The notes: generated by a model from the letters alone, not told the origin. DNA of 64,000 bases from Schleiferiaceae bacterium (GCA_018402665.1 JAGYIN010000007.1:46509-110508), one strand, 5' to 3'. Shown: positions 30,120 through 40,344, counted from the first letter of the stretch. Numbers and translations: made by a program.

Positions 30120-31514
30120 TTACTCTAATGGTGTATAGGTCACCGCTTGCCTGTTGGTAATCAAAAGATTTGCTAAGCCTGCAATTACAAGGGATGAGCC
30201 TGCAAGCAACATCGCATTGATCGGTTCTGTTCCAAACAAACTCTTATAAATGACCGTCAAAGAAGTCGCCGCTACAATCTGTGGAAGGACAATGAACATG
30301 TTGAAGATACCCATGTAAACCCCCATTTTATTTGGATCTAAAGTTGAACTTAGCATGGCGTAAGGCATGGAAAGTATAGATCCCCAAGAAAAACCAATAC
30401 AGACAAATGACAACGTTAACATTGACGGTTCTGTTATGAAGTACATACTTATGAAACCATATGCCCCAGCAAAAAGACTGAACATGTGAACGTACTTGCG
30501 ATTGATACGACGCTTCGCTGTCCACAGCGTTAAAAGCAAAGCAAACAACATCGAACTCAAACCATAATTCCCCATGTAAGAGCCCACTTGATTGGAAGCG
30601 TCATTGAATGCTCTATCCGCCAGTTGGTAGGCTTCTATCTGGGCGGCTGATGATACGGCGTATTCAATAGCTTCAGGCTTTGCAGCGCCATAAACGTGGT
30701 CGGTCAAAGCGGGATTCGCCATGGACCACATGCAAAAAAACGCGAACCAAGAAAAGAATTGGACCACGCCCAATTTCTTCATGGTTAAAGGCATATTACC
30801 AATATTTTTTCCAACCTCACGTAGGGTATTTACTAAGCCCGAATTTTCCTTCTGCTCGGCGCGAAACCTTTCCATATCTTCAGGAGGATATTCATCCGTG
30901 GTGAACACCGTGTAGAGAATGGCCAGCAAAAAAATCGCAGCGCCGATACCAAAGGCCGCCTTCACGGACATGGGAACAACCCCTGGATCCGCCTCATTAC
31001 TCACGCCTAAAGAACTGACTAAAAGAGGTAAATTTGAAGCCACCCACGTGCTCACTCCAATAATCAAGGTTTGCACTACGAAACCAAAGCTGCGCTGACT
31101 GTCCGGTAATTTATCCGCAACCAATGCACGAAAGGGTTCCATGGAAATATTCATTGTTGCATCCAAAATCCAGAGTCCTCCTGCAGCAACCCACAATGCA
31201 GAACTGTGGGGTACAAATAGCAAGGTAATGGAAGCCAAAATAGCGCCAATTAAGAAATACGGACGGCGACGGCCGAAACGTGGATGCCAAGTATTGTCGC
31301 TCATTTGCCCAATAATCGGCTGAACGATCAACCCCGTTAGCGGCGCAGCGATCCACAGGAGCGGGAGACTGTGCTCATCTGCTCCAAGGGTTTCAAAGAT
31401 CCGACTCATAAAGCCGCCTTGTAAGGCATACCCGAATTGGATTCCCAAAAAGCCAAAGCTCATGTTCCAAATCTGCCAAAAACTGAGTTTAGGTTTCTGT
31501 TGCATACGTTTCAA
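30120..31514 (-). CDS. MFS sugar transporter (GPH/SLC45-like; probable maltose/maltodextrin importer)
   Basis: About 12 predicted TM segments. WQIWNMSFGFLGIQFGYALQ and RFGRRRPY motifs. The track start at 31514 is a TTG; the ATG at 31505 (MQQKPKL) is an equally good start. Confidence 0.8.
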   Translation of the reverse strand: MKRMQQKPKLSFWQIWNMSFGFLGIQFGYALQGGFMSRIFETLGADEHSLPLLWIAAPLTGLIVQPIIGQMSDNTWHPRFGRRRPYFLIGAILASITLLFVPHSSALWVAAGGLWILDATMNISMEPFRALVADKLPDSQRSFGFVVQTLIIGVSTWVASNLPLLVSSLGVSNEADPGVVPMSVKAAFGIGAAIFLLAILYTVFTTDEYPPEDMERFRAEQKENSGLVNTLREVGKNIGNMPLTMKKLGVVQFFSWFAFFCMWSMANPALTDHVYGAAKPEAIEYAVSSAAQIEAYQLADRAFNDASNQVGSYMGNYGLSSMLFALLLTLWTAKRRINRKYVHMFSLFAGAYGFISMYFITEPSMLTLSFVCIGFSWGSILSMPYAMLSSTLDPNKMGVYMGIFNMFIVLPQIVAATSLTVIYKSLFGTEPINAMLLAGSSLVIAGLANLLITNRQAVTYTPLE

Positions 31515-31534
31515 TATATTTAGCGACTAACGAG

Positions 31535-31560
31535 CAAAAACCCGGCACAGGCCGGGTTTA
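31535..31560 (-). terminator. Intrinsic terminator between the 284-aa PUL gene and the MFS gene
   Basis: Stem cccggc / gccggg with a 4-nt loop. The minus strand is followed by TTTTTG. Confidence 0.6.
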
Positions 31561-31579
31561 AGAGAAATGAATCACGAAT

Positions 31580-32434
31580 TTATTGACATTCGATTTGCAC
31601 ATTTACCGCCTCTGTTACGCGATCCGCTCCTGTAGCGAACACCTTCTTCATGGCAATAAATTCTACATAATCAATCGCTTTATTCGCGGGTACAGAAAAG
31701 AATTCCTGAGGAACGAGACGCAACTGGAAATTCCCGTCGCCCAAATAATCCATCTGTAAATCTGGATTACTTCCTACGTTGAAGGTATTCTCAATTTGAT
31801 CGAAAGTCCCGTCTGTATAAGTGACCTTAGCGTAGATGTAACAATCGTCAGTGGCCAAATTTTGCATGCTCGGCTTTTCTTCGCGCCAATTTTCATAGCG
31901 CAAAGTCAAAACATCATCCGCCATCACTTTTGCTGGGAAATGATAGAATGGATTACGCTCCGTGGCAGGAGGGTCTATCGCGACACTTTGATCGTCCGAT
32001 TTTACATCGGGATCGCCATAACCACCGCCGTCTTTTGCCTTGATCAGAAAGTGAATATCCTCAGCATATACTGTGGTAGCATCCACCTCGTAGAAAAGGG
32101 TAGGAACAATTTTCCAAGAGAACGTCCCGTCCGAATTCTTCGTCATTTTCATGGATTCGTTTGAATTCTTCCAAGGAGCAGAACCAGTGCCATTGACATA
32201 CGGGTGACCATCGGGGTGTTCCGCAGGCTTCCAAGTCCATATGTACATGTCTTCACCGGCATCGATCGCCTGCTTCAATAAATCTTGATGACCTACAGCC
32301 AAATCCAGCGCCGCCGGATCAAAGATGATCTCTAATGAATCTGAAGGATCTATATTTTCATCTGGAACCGTCGTGATTTGAGCGCTTGCTGAAAGGCCCA
32401 GAGTCAAGAGTAAAAGGGTGTTTAATCTTTTCAT
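31580..32434 (-). CDS. Hypothetical secreted protein in the SusE/SusF position of the PUL
   Basis: Signal peptide MKRLNTLLLLTLGLSASAQ. No motifs I recognise. Assignment is by position downstream of susC/susD. Confidence 0.4.
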   Translation of the reverse strand: MKRLNTLLLLTLGLSASAQITTVPDENIDPSDSLEIIFDPAALDLAVGHQDLLKQAIDAGEDMYIWTWKPAEHPDGHPYVNGTGSAPWKNSNESMKMTKNSDGTFSWKIVPTLFYEVDATTVYAEDIHFLIKAKDGGGYGDPDVKSDDQSVAIDPPATERNPFYHFPAKVMADDVLTLRYENWREEKPSMQNLATDDCYIYAKVTYTDGTFDQIENTFNVGSNPDLQMDYLGDGNFQLRLVPQEFFSVPANKAIDYVEFIAMKKVFATGADRVTEAVNVQIECQ

Positions 32435-32443
32435 AATGAGGGC

Positions 32444-32917
32444 TTATTTACGAGTAAACGTTAATTGGTAGGAAACGCTCGGCTTATCACAGCGTTCACG
32501 AGCGTAAAGGAAACTTACATGCTGGTCGATGCTTCTCGGCATATTCCCCAAAGGCAAAACCACCACGGTGGAATCCTGCGTCAAATGCAGCTCTGACGGA
32601 TATTCTGGCGTATTGTAACGCCACGTGCCACCATTGCCAAACACATCAAAACCCGGCCCCTGTTGATTCACGGAATACGTGCTGTCGCTGTTAAACGCAA
32701 CTACCCATTTATTCTGAGCATCTAGGTATAGATCACTGACATCACGCGTTTCTGGTACCGGAAGTGTGACGTCGGTCTGCTCGACCATAGTAAGCTCCCA
32801 AGTTCCTAAAATACCCGCACCTGCCTCATAGCTTGGGCCGATTGGACCCACTTCAGGCTTACATGCACCGAGGGCTAAAAATGCAGCCACTACAATTGTA
32901 CTAATTCTTACTTTCAT
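32444..32917 (-). CDS. Small lipoprotein, lipocalin-like (GTWEL motif), PUL accessory
   Basis: Lipobox FLALGAC, 157 aa, sited directly after susD. Confidence 0.5.
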   Translation of the reverse strand: MKVRISTIVVAAFLALGACKPEVGPIGPSYEAGAGILGTWELTMVEQTDVTLPVPETRDVSDLYLDAQNKWVVAFNSDSTYSVNQQGPGFDVFGNGGTWRYNTPEYPSELHLTQDSTVVVLPLGNMPRSIDQHVSFLYARERCDKPSVSYQLTFTRK

Positions 32918-32929
32918 ATGCTTTTCTGC

Positions 32930-34339
32930 TTAGTTGCAGCCTCCTTCTTCGTTATAAACAAACCCTTGTGCTGTCCCCTCAAAATTTGGGAATTGCAGCA
33001 CCATGCCTGGACAATCCCAATCCGCGCCGCGAATGGTTTGGATTTCACCCAATACGCCTTGACGCTTGAGTTGGAATAATCGGTCACCTTCAAAAGCCAA
33101 TTCCAAACGACGCTCCTTCATCACCTCCGCCAATGAAAGACTGGTCAAATCTGTCAAGCCCGCGCGCTGACGCAAAGCATTAATTTTCGCCAATCCGGTT
33201 CCATCGCTATCGCCATTTAGACGGACATTACATTCGGCATAAATGAGGTACAGATCGGACAAATGCAATAGGGGCACATCGAGGAAACTCCCGTCGAATT
33301 TACTCACCACATAGAACTCATCTGGGGTACCCGCATTGCGCGCCTGGTACCACAATTGGCCGCGGAGGTCATTCGTATCCGCCGTAGCTTCAACATACAA
33401 TGCTTGACTTGCTTTCAATGCTGGATTCGCGTTAGGATCATCGGAACGGTAGTTCCAAGTAAAGCCCAAACCGCGCTCATCTACGATCGTGTCGGTCGCT
33501 GAACTCTCGTTTGTACTTACCAATGTAAAGATGAATTCTGCAGGAAGATTACCATTTGCATGATCTGCAAAACGATTGGTCAAAACGGGGTCTAGTGTAT
33601 ACGTTCCTGTGTTCATTACCTCAGCCGCTTTTGCTTTTGCATTCGCGAAATCACCCATTTCTAAATAGACCTTAGCCAAAAGTGCCTTCGCCGCCATTTG
33701 ATTTGCGAAAATGCCGTTTGATGCTGGCAAATCAGCCTCCGCATCCAAAAGATCTTGCTCAATTTGTGCATAGACATCACCAACTGTTGCTCGCATCTGT
33801 GGGGTCTGATCTGCGCTCACCTTTAATGGAATCCCTAAATGACTGTTGTCTGACGTGTATCCATAAGGCAACGCCCAAATACGAACCACGTGGTAATGGC
33901 TCAATGCACGAATAAACTTTGCTTCAGCTGTAATGCGGGCAACTGCATCCGCCGTTGCGCCCTCAAGGTCAGCTACCTCTTCAATCAACGTGTTCGCACG
34001 GTAGATTGCGATGTAAGCATCACGGTATTCACCGCCAAACGACCCGTTAAAGAACGACGACGTCCAGCGCCAAATCTGGGCATACTCACCATTCAGCCCT
34101 AAGGGATCTGCGATGTGGTCAGACATGACCTCAGGAATGTTTTGGAAACGACCGTTAAAGGCGTTTGCGGCCACGTCATATACACTCACAAGAAGCTCTT
34201 CAGCATCTTGTATGTTAAGGATTGCCGAATCTGCGGGGATTTGACTATCGGTGTTTGCTTGAAAATCTAAAATTCGCTCGCAAGAAGAACTTCCGACTGC
34301 AATAGCGATTAGCGCTATAAATACTCTCAAATTTTTCAT
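32930..34339 (-). CDS. susD: SusD/RagB-family nutrient-binding outer-membrane lipoprotein
   Basis: Lipobox VGSSSC. 469 aa, TPR-like helical composition, immediately downstream of susC. Confidence 0.9.
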   Translation of the reverse strand: MKNLRVFIALIAIAVGSSSCERILDFQANTDSQIPADSAILNIQDAEELLVSVYDVAANAFNGRFQNIPEVMSDHIADPLGLNGEYAQIWRWTSSFFNGSFGGEYRDAYIAIYRANTLIEEVADLEGATADAVARITAEAKFIRALSHYHVVRIWALPYGYTSDNSHLGIPLKVSADQTPQMRATVGDVYAQIEQDLLDAEADLPASNGIFANQMAAKALLAKVYLEMGDFANAKAKAAEVMNTGTYTLDPVLTNRFADHANGNLPAEFIFTLVSTNESSATDTIVDERGLGFTWNYRSDDPNANPALKASQALYVEATADTNDLRGQLWYQARNAGTPDEFYVVSKFDGSFLDVPLLHLSDLYLIYAECNVRLNGDSDGTGLAKINALRQRAGLTDLTSLSLAEVMKERRLELAFEGDRLFQLKRQGVLGEIQTIRGADWDCPGMVLQFPNFEGTAQGFVYNEEGGCN

Positions 34340-34351
34340 GATTCGCGCGGA

Positions 34352-37300
34352 TTAAAAGTTAATGTTTACACCTAAGTTCACCGTCTTTTCTTGCGGCGGC
34401 GTGAGGTAGGTAATGTTCGGAGACATGTTTCTATCCGTAGCGTTCTCGAAATCGCGAGCGATCTCTGGATCCAAACCGATAAAGTTGGTTAATGTGATTA
34501 GGTTTGTACCGGTCACATTAACGGTCATGCCCTTAATGTTTTTCAGCTTGCTCTGCGGAACGCGGTAGCTCAACTTCACGTTACGAAGACGTGCATACGT
34601 TCCGTCGTGCAACCAAAGGTTGGTGTTGATCCATTCCGTGTTGGCACCATAGGTACGGTAATCGCGGCTTAACTTCGGGTAGGTCGCAACGTCGCCCGGC
34701 TGTTGCCAGCGGTCGAAGAGGTCGGTACGCATGTTCCAGTCGGTCACCACGCCCATCTGGCGCTTCGAAGAACTGTCGTAGATGTCCCCGCCTATGGTGA
34801 ACACCCATAAGAAACTGAATTCTAAATTCTTGTAATTGAGTGTATTGGTCAAACCGCCAATAGCATCCGGCATGACATTACCTACAGCAACGCGGTCTTG
34901 AAGATCCCAAGTGTAGGTTTCTTCACCGTCTTTAGTGAGGTACACCGGCAACCCGTTCGTTGGGTCAACGTGCGAGAATTGCACCAGATAATTGGTACCA
35001 ATGGGCATTCCAACTACCACACGCGTATCATTCGTTCCACCACTTACCGCATCCGGTGAATACTGACCGATCGAAGTAATCTGGTTCGTATTGCGAGCGA
35101 TATTGAAATCCGTGGTCCAGGTAAAGTTATCCGTCACGATGTTGCGCGATTTTATTGCAAACTCAACCCCGGTATTGAATACGCTACCTACGTTATCCCA
35201 CCAAGAGCCAAATCCAGTGGAGCCCTGTAAGGTGACATTGAGCAACATATCGTTAGTTTCTTTGTGGTACCAAGCCAATTCCCCAGTTATACGGTCGTTG
35301 AAAAATCCATATTCCAAACCGACATCATAGGTCGTCGAAGTCTCCCAACGCAAATTCGCATTTTCACGAATTACAGGATAACGGTACGTCTGACCCGCAT
35401 AACCATTATTGGCAACATTATAGTATCCAAACCATTGGTACGAAGGAATGGCGGAGTTTCCGTTTTTACCTACCGAAGTCTTCAACTTCAAATAGCTCAC
35501 GTTTGGTAATCCGGCCATGAAATCTTCTTCCGTAATGATCCAGCCTATGGATGCTGCAGGGAAGTTTCCGTATTTATTGTTCGGTCCAAATTTTGAAGAT
35601 CCGTCACGACGAATCAACGCTTCTGCGTAATACTTACCCGCGAAGTTGTAGTTCAAACGCGTGAAGGCCGATGCAAAAGCATATTCTTCAAGATAACTGC
35701 GCGGGTCATTCACATACTGTCCCGTTTCGCGAATCTGACCGGTAGCCTCACTGTCGTAATAACCGTCCCAACGAAGGATGCGGTTGTATTGGTATTCAGA
35801 ACCCACCAACCAATTAATGTGATGGTTTTCTCCAATATCCTTGATGTAATTCGCAGTTGTATTTCCTGAAGTGTTCCAAACACTGTAGGTGTACATATTG
35901 GCACGACCGAGCAAATTCCCTTCACTATCTTTATAAGTAGGATCGTATCCTGGTTTTTCCCAGATGTGATCTTCGAAATGCATGTAGTCGAACGCGCCTT
36001 GACCACGAAGGGTCCATGCATCGCTTATTTTGTAGTCTAAAGTGAAGTTATTGATGGTACGGTCTTCAATGGCCGTCCAATCTTTTAATTCGCGTTGCGC
36101 AACCGGATTTAAGCTCACGCCTCCTTTCAACCAATAGTCACCCGCTGAAGCAACTACGTTGCCGTCCGCATCGTACTCATCTTCGGCATAACGAACCGGA
36201 TAGATAGGAAGTGCTCTTGACATGGCTTCACCGAAACCACCGGACCAAGCCGCATCAATTCTATTGTTGATTCCTCGTGAAATTGAAGTGCTGATGCCCA
36301 ATTTTAGGTTTGAAGCCAAATTGTAATCCACATTAAATCGGCCCGAGATTCGTTCATACGAGTTTCCGGCTAAATAACTGTGATTGTCATTGTACGACAA
36401 GCCTGCATAGAAGTTACCTCCTTTAAAACCTTTAGAAGCTGAGAAATCATACCCCTGCTTGACACCTGTACGTATCGTTTCTTGAATCCAATCGGTTCCT
36501 TCAATGGCTTGAGCCTCTGCCCAGCTCATTCTATTCCCTGGTAATTGTGGCACCCCAACATTTCCGTCGTTTACCCATGCCTCTTCATACAACTGGAGGT
36601 ATTCTTCTTTAGACGCCATATTAGGCAAAGCCGTCGGTGCGCTGATCCCCGTACGTGCTGAGAAATTATACGTCAACTTCTTTGTTTTACCTCTTTTCGT
36701 GGTAATCAGAACTACCCCGTTAGACCCACGTGAACCGTAGATACCTGTTGCGGCAGCATCTTTTAATATTTCGACCGATTCGATATCGTTCGGGTTAATC
36801 GTCGCCAAAGGGTTCGTATTGAAGCCCCCACGGTTTCCGTTCAAAAAGTAGTCCTGTGTAATTGGAATTCCATCGACCACATATAATGGATCACCACCCG
36901 CAGAAATGGAGGCCACACCACGAATACGGACCATGGATCCAGAACCGGCGATCCCAGAACCTGTGATTACCTGGACCCCTGCTGCCTTACCTTGAATAGC
37001 ATTTTCAAAAGAAGGCGTAGGAATATCTGTAAGTTCCTTCGATTTTAGACTTACTACAGAACCGGTAAGGTCGCGTTTGCGAGCCACACCATAACCCACT
37101 ACCACAACTTCATCAAGCTGCGTTTGCGATGGCTTCATTACGACATTCACGACCTTATTGCTTTGAACAGCAACCGTTTTTGTGGTCGGCTCGTAACCGA
37201 TAAAACTGTAGGTAATGTTGTGTGTTCCCTTGGGAAGATTAAGGGTGTATTGACCATTATAATCGGTCATGGTTCCGTTTTGATTCTCTACGGTAATGAC

Positions 37301-37420
37301 GACAGAAGGCAATCCTTCATTGTATTCGTCTACCACTGTTCCAGTAACCGTCTGTGCTACAATTGACTGGGCGAAGAAGAAACTAAAACAGAAGAGTAAA
37401 AAACGAGAGGTGCTTTTCAT
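34352..37420 (-). CDS. susC: SusC-family TonB-dependent outer-membrane transporter
   Basis: 1022 aa. Carboxypeptidase-regulatory-like N-terminal domain (TVTGTVVDE...GYEP), plug (VVVVGYG, RIRG) and a C-terminal barrel ending in F. Confidence 0.95.
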   Translation of the reverse strand: MKSTSRFLLFCFSFFFAQSIVAQTVTGTVVDEYNEGLPSVVITVENQNGTMTDYNGQYTLNLPKGTHNITYSFIGYEPTTKTVAVQSNKVVNVVMKPSQTQLDEVVVVGYGVARKRDLTGSVVSLKSKELTDIPTPSFENAIQGKAAGVQVITGSGIAGSGSMVRIRGVASISAGGDPLYVVDGIPITQDYFLNGNRGGFNTNPLATINPNDIESVEILKDAAATGIYGSRGSNGVVLITTKRGKTKKLTYNFSARTGISAPTALPNMASKEEYLQLYEEAWVNDGNVGVPQLPGNRMSWAEAQAIEGTDWIQETIRTGVKQGYDFSASKGFKGGNFYAGLSYNDNHSYLAGNSYERISGRFNVDYNLASNLKLGISTSISRGINNRIDAAWSGGFGEAMSRALPIYPVRYAEDEYDADGNVVASAGDYWLKGGVSLNPVAQRELKDWTAIEDRTINNFTLDYKISDAWTLRGQGAFDYMHFEDHIWEKPGYDPTYKDSEGNLLGRANMYTYSVWNTSGNTTANYIKDIGENHHINWLVGSEYQYNRILRWDGYYDSEATGQIRETGQYVNDPRSYLEEYAFASAFTRLNYNFAGKYYAEALIRRDGSSKFGPNNKYGNFPAASIGWIITEEDFMAGLPNVSYLKLKTSVGKNGNSAIPSYQWFGYYNVANNGYAGQTYRYPVIRENANLRWETSTTYDVGLEYGFFNDRITGELAWYHKETNDMLLNVTLQGSTGFGSWWDNVGSVFNTGVEFAIKSRNIVTDNFTWTTDFNIARNTNQITSIGQYSPDAVSGGTNDTRVVVGMPIGTNYLVQFSHVDPTNGLPVYLTKDGEETYTWDLQDRVAVGNVMPDAIGGLTNTLNYKNLEFSFLWVFTIGGDIYDSSSKRQMGVVTDWNMRTDLFDRWQQPGDVATYPKLSRDYRTYGANTEWINTNLWLHDGTYARLRNVKLSYRVPQSKLKNIKGMTVNVTGTNLITLTNFIGLDPEIARDFENATDRNMSPNITYLTPPQEKTVNLGVNINF

Positions 37421-37447
37421 CTGCTTTTGCTTATTAAGTTATAAAGT

Positions 37448-37455
37448 CAAATGTA
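37448..37455 (-). promoter_or_regulatory. Putative -7 promoter box for susC
   Basis: Minus strand reads TACATTTG (exact TAnnTTTG), 27 nt upstream of the susC ATG. Confidence 0.45.
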
Positions 37456-37556
37456 CACTTAAAGCGCCTTCAAGTAAAGCCTCAAGCGTGGACCCGTTAA
37501 CAGAATACGCCCAATATTTATCCTAAACAGTGTCGGTTTTAGAGAAAAACGGGAAA

Positions 37557-38246
37557 TTAAACCTTGATACGGTACAATCGAGCCGGCTTGTGCAACACAT
37601 TGTCTTGCTTTTCATCCGTGGCTTCAACGAGTTTTTCGCGAACAACTTTTTTCCGAAAATTCCTTTTATCCAATTCCTCTTGAGTGATAGCCTCGTGCAA
37701 CTGCTGCAACTGATTCAAGGTAAACTTCTTCGGAAGCAGTTCATAACCGCTCTTATTCAATTCAAAATGCCGCTGCAATTTCCACAAGGCAACCTCAACA
37801 ATCTCATTGTGATCAAACGCCAATTCTGGAACATCCTGAATATCACACCACAATGCTTCACCAGCAAAACTCGCTGGATTAGGAACGAAGTCATCCATCT
37901 TCACTAAGGCATAATAGGCAGTCGTGATCACCCGCTCTGAAGGATCCTTCCGGTACAATTCCAGCCATTTTCTATCCTTAGGATCGTTTACACGACCGGG
38001 ATCGCCGAAAGTGTGGCACTGCTTTAACGTTACATTTCTCAGCGTGGCCAATTCATACAACACTCGATCTGCAGCGTCGTCTAAGCTTTCGTTTTTTAAA
38101 ATCAAATCTCCAGGCAAACGTTTTCTCAACATCCCCTGGCCAATATCCTTCTCTTCAATCAGTAAGACATTGAGCTTTTCGCCATCAAAACCGAAGATAA
38201 CGCAGTCTACACTGATGTTAGAATTGAGTTCGAATTGCTGTGGCAT
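37557..38246 (-). CDS. NrtR-like transcriptional regulator (degenerate Nudix domain plus C-terminal winged helix)
   Basis: Nudix-fold segment LPGDLILKNESLDDAADRVLYELATL has the REUXEE core degraded to RVLYEL. The C-terminus FTLNQLQQLHEAI...DKRNFRKK is typical of the NrtR wHTH. Confidence 0.75.
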   Translation of the reverse strand: MPQQFELNSNISVDCVIFGFDGEKLNVLLIEEKDIGQGMLRKRLPGDLILKNESLDDAADRVLYELATLRNVTLKQCHTFGDPGRVNDPKDRKWLELYRKDPSERVITTAYYALVKMDDFVPNPASFAGEALWCDIQDVPELAFDHNEIVEVALWKLQRHFELNKSGYELLPKKFTLNQLQQLHEAITQEELDKRNFRKKVVREKLVEATDEKQDNVLHKPARLYRIKV

Positions 38247-38308
38247 AGCGGTCTTTGCTTGTATTTAGGTAAAATATGCAGCTTTTAAAGATAATGACAA
38301 AAAATTAA

Positions 38309-38329
38309 TAAGTGTAACATTTACACTTA
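38309..38329. promoter_or_regulatory. Perfect 21-bp palindrome (9+3+9), candidate operator
   Basis: TAAGTGTAA-cat-TTACACTTA in the 101-bp divergent region between the NrtR-like gene and pfkA, just upstream of the pfkA -7 box. Confidence 0.6.
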
Positions 38330-38334
38330 GTTAT

Positions 38335-38342
38335 TACCTTTG
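38335..38342 (+). promoter_or_regulatory. Putative -7 promoter box for pfkA
   Basis: TACCTTTG (exact TAnnTTTG), ending 5 nt before the pfkA ATG. Confidence 0.4.
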
Positions 38343-38347
38343 TACCT

Positions 38348-39331
38348 ATGTCTACAGAAATTAACAACATCGCAGTTCTTACTTCCGGGGGCGACGCACC
38401 AGGAATGAACGCCGCTATACGTGCGGTTACCAGGACCGCTTTATACCACGGTAAAAGGGTCTTCGGCGTCTACCGCGGTTACGAAGGCATGATTGAAAAC
38501 GATATCGTCGAGCTTTCGACCACAAGCGTGAAGCACATTCTTGCGCTTGGTGGAACGTTCCTGAAAAGTGCCCGTTCACAGGAATTCAGAACTCCAGAGG
38601 GGCGTGCTAAGGCTGCACAGAATCTTCGCGAAAGAAACATTGATGCACTCGTTGTGATCGGAGGTGACGGTTCGTTTACCGGGGCCCTAAAGCTCGCGGA
38701 AGAGCACGGTATTAAAGTGATCGGAGTACCGGGCACCATCGATAATGATTTGTACGGGACCGACTACACTATAGGATACGATACGGCTACGAACACTGTA
38801 ATCGAAAGCGTTGATAAAATCCGTGATACCGCTTCTTCGCACAACCGCTTGTTCTTAGTGGAGGTCATGGGAAGAGATACGGGATACATAGCCGCTTCGA
38901 CCGGTCTTGCTACCGGTGCTTTGAGCATTATTCTTCCGGAAAAGAAAAACACCTATGAAGAGCTTTTTGTTGACCTACGCAGCGCTCAGGCGAATAAAAA
39001 GACGTCGAACATTATCATGGTTGCTGAAGGCAATCATTTAGGTGACATCTTTGAAATTGCATCCGCCGTACGAAAAGAATTCCCGTCCATCGACGTTAAA
39101 GTGACCACCTTAGGACACACGCAACGCGGTGGTTCTCCTTCTACCAATGACCGTGTTCTAGCTTCCGTTTTGGGGCATTACGCAATCAAAGGTTTAATGG
39201 AAGGGCAAGAAAAAGTCATGTCGGGAATGATCAATCAAAAAGTAGTTTTTACGCCGCTGGGTGATGCCATCAGCAAAACCACGGAATTGGACTACGAAAT
39301 GCTAACTATTGCTAAAATTCTAGCCACATAA
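38348..39331 (+). CDS. pfkA: ATP-dependent 6-phosphofructokinase
   Basis: [24 protein letters not shown] and MGRDTG. Confidence 0.95.
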   Translation: MSTEINNIAVLTSGGDAPGMNAAIRAVTRTALYHGKRVFGVYRGYEGMIENDIVELSTTSVKHILALGGTFLKSARSQEFRTPEGRAKAAQNLRERNIDALVVIGGDGSFTGALKLAEEHGIKVIGVPGTIDNDLYGTDYTIGYDTATNTVIESVDKIRDTASSHNRLFLVEVMGRDTGYIAASTGLATGALSIILPEKKNTYEELFVDLRSAQANKKTSNIIMVAEGNHLGDIFEIASAVRKEFPSIDVKVTTLGHTQRGGSPSTNDRVLASVLGHYAIKGLMEGQEKVMSGMINQKVVFTPLGDAISKTTELDYEMLTIAKILAT

Positions 39332-39342
39332 CACATCAAACT

Positions 39343-40332
39343 ATGAGTACAAAAATCGCAATCAACGGCTTTGGCCGCATCGGACGTTTAACTTTTCGCA
39401 ACCTTATCGAAAGTGATAAAGTTGAGATAGTAGCCATCAATGACCTCACGGCAGTAGATATGCTTGCACACCTTTTGAAGTACGACAGTGCACACGGTCG
39501 TTTCAATGGAACTGTAACGCACACTGAAAACAGCTTGATCGTTAATGGCAAGGAAATTACCGTGTACGCACAGCGTGATCCGGAAACACTTCCGTGGGGC
39601 GAGATCGGCGTTGAAGTGGTAGTAGAGTCTACAGGGTTCTTCACCAACGCAGAAGGCATGGGTAAGCACATTACTGCAGGCGCTAAAAAAGTAGTGCTTT
39701 CAGCTCCAGCAAAAGGAGATATTAAAACCATCGTTTTAGGGGTTAATGACGACCAATTAACCGATGCAGATACCATGGTAAGTAATGCTTCTTGTACTAC
39801 GAACTGTTTGTCTCCAATGGCGAAAGTATTGGATGAAAAATTCGGTATCGAGAGCGGTTTCATGTGTACCATTCACGCATACACTTCTGACCAACGCATT
39901 CAAGATGCGCCGCATTCAGACAAGCGCCGTGCACGTGCAGCTGCCGTAAATATGATTCCAACTTCTACGGGTGCAGCGAAAGCTGTTGCTTTGGTATTGC
40001 CGCAGTTGAACGGAAAATTAGACGGCTACGCAATGCGCGTTCCTACCATCACTGGTTCAGCTACTGACCTTACGGTTCAATTGAGCAGAGAAGTAACTGC
40101 AGAAGAAATCAATGCTGCAATGAAAGAAGCTGCTGAAGGCCCATTGAAAGGCATTCTCATGTACACTGAAGATCCTATCGTTAGCTCTGATATCGTTGGT
40201 GATAAGCACAGCTGTATTTTCGATGCAGGTATTACTAGCGCTAAAGGAAACCTAGTAAAAGTTTTAGGATGGTACGATAACGAAGCAGGCTATTCTGCAC
40301 GTTTAGCAAACCTAGTAGAGCGTCTAGCCTAA
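39343..40332 (+). CDS. gapA: Glyceraldehyde-3-phosphate dehydrogenase
   Basis: INGFGRIGR and the catalytic context ASCTTNCL. Confidence 0.95.
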   Translation: MSTKIAINGFGRIGRLTFRNLIESDKVEIVAINDLTAVDMLAHLLKYDSAHGRFNGTVTHTENSLIVNGKEITVYAQRDPETLPWGEIGVEVVVESTGFFTNAEGMGKHITAGAKKVVLSAPAKGDIKTIVLGVNDDQLTDADTMVSNASCTTNCLSPMAKVLDEKFGIESGFMCTIHAYTSDQRIQDAPHSDKRRARAAAVNMIPTSTGAAKAVALVLPQLNGKLDGYAMRVPTITGSATDLTVQLSREVTAEEINAAMKEAAEGPLKGILMYTEDPIVSSDIVGDKHSCIFDAGITSAKGNLVKVLGWYDNEAGYSARLANLVERLA

Positions 40333-40344
40333 ACATTTAATACT

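Noticed and set aside
37446-37461. The minus strand upstream of susC reads TAAGTGTACATTTGAC, nearly identical to the left arm plus spacer of the pfkA palindrome (TAAGTGTAACATTT). This looked like a second operator.
   Set aside because: The shared part contains TACATTTG, an exact TAnnTTTG -7 promoter box, and there is no matching second arm at the right spacing. The resemblance may just reflect promoter consensus. It is kept only as a weak half-site candidate.
39336-39872. A 178-aa ORF antisense to gapA. Similar antisense ORFs occur in pdxA, asd and the 1444-aa gene.
   Set aside because: All are embedded in strongly supported genes and have no motifs.
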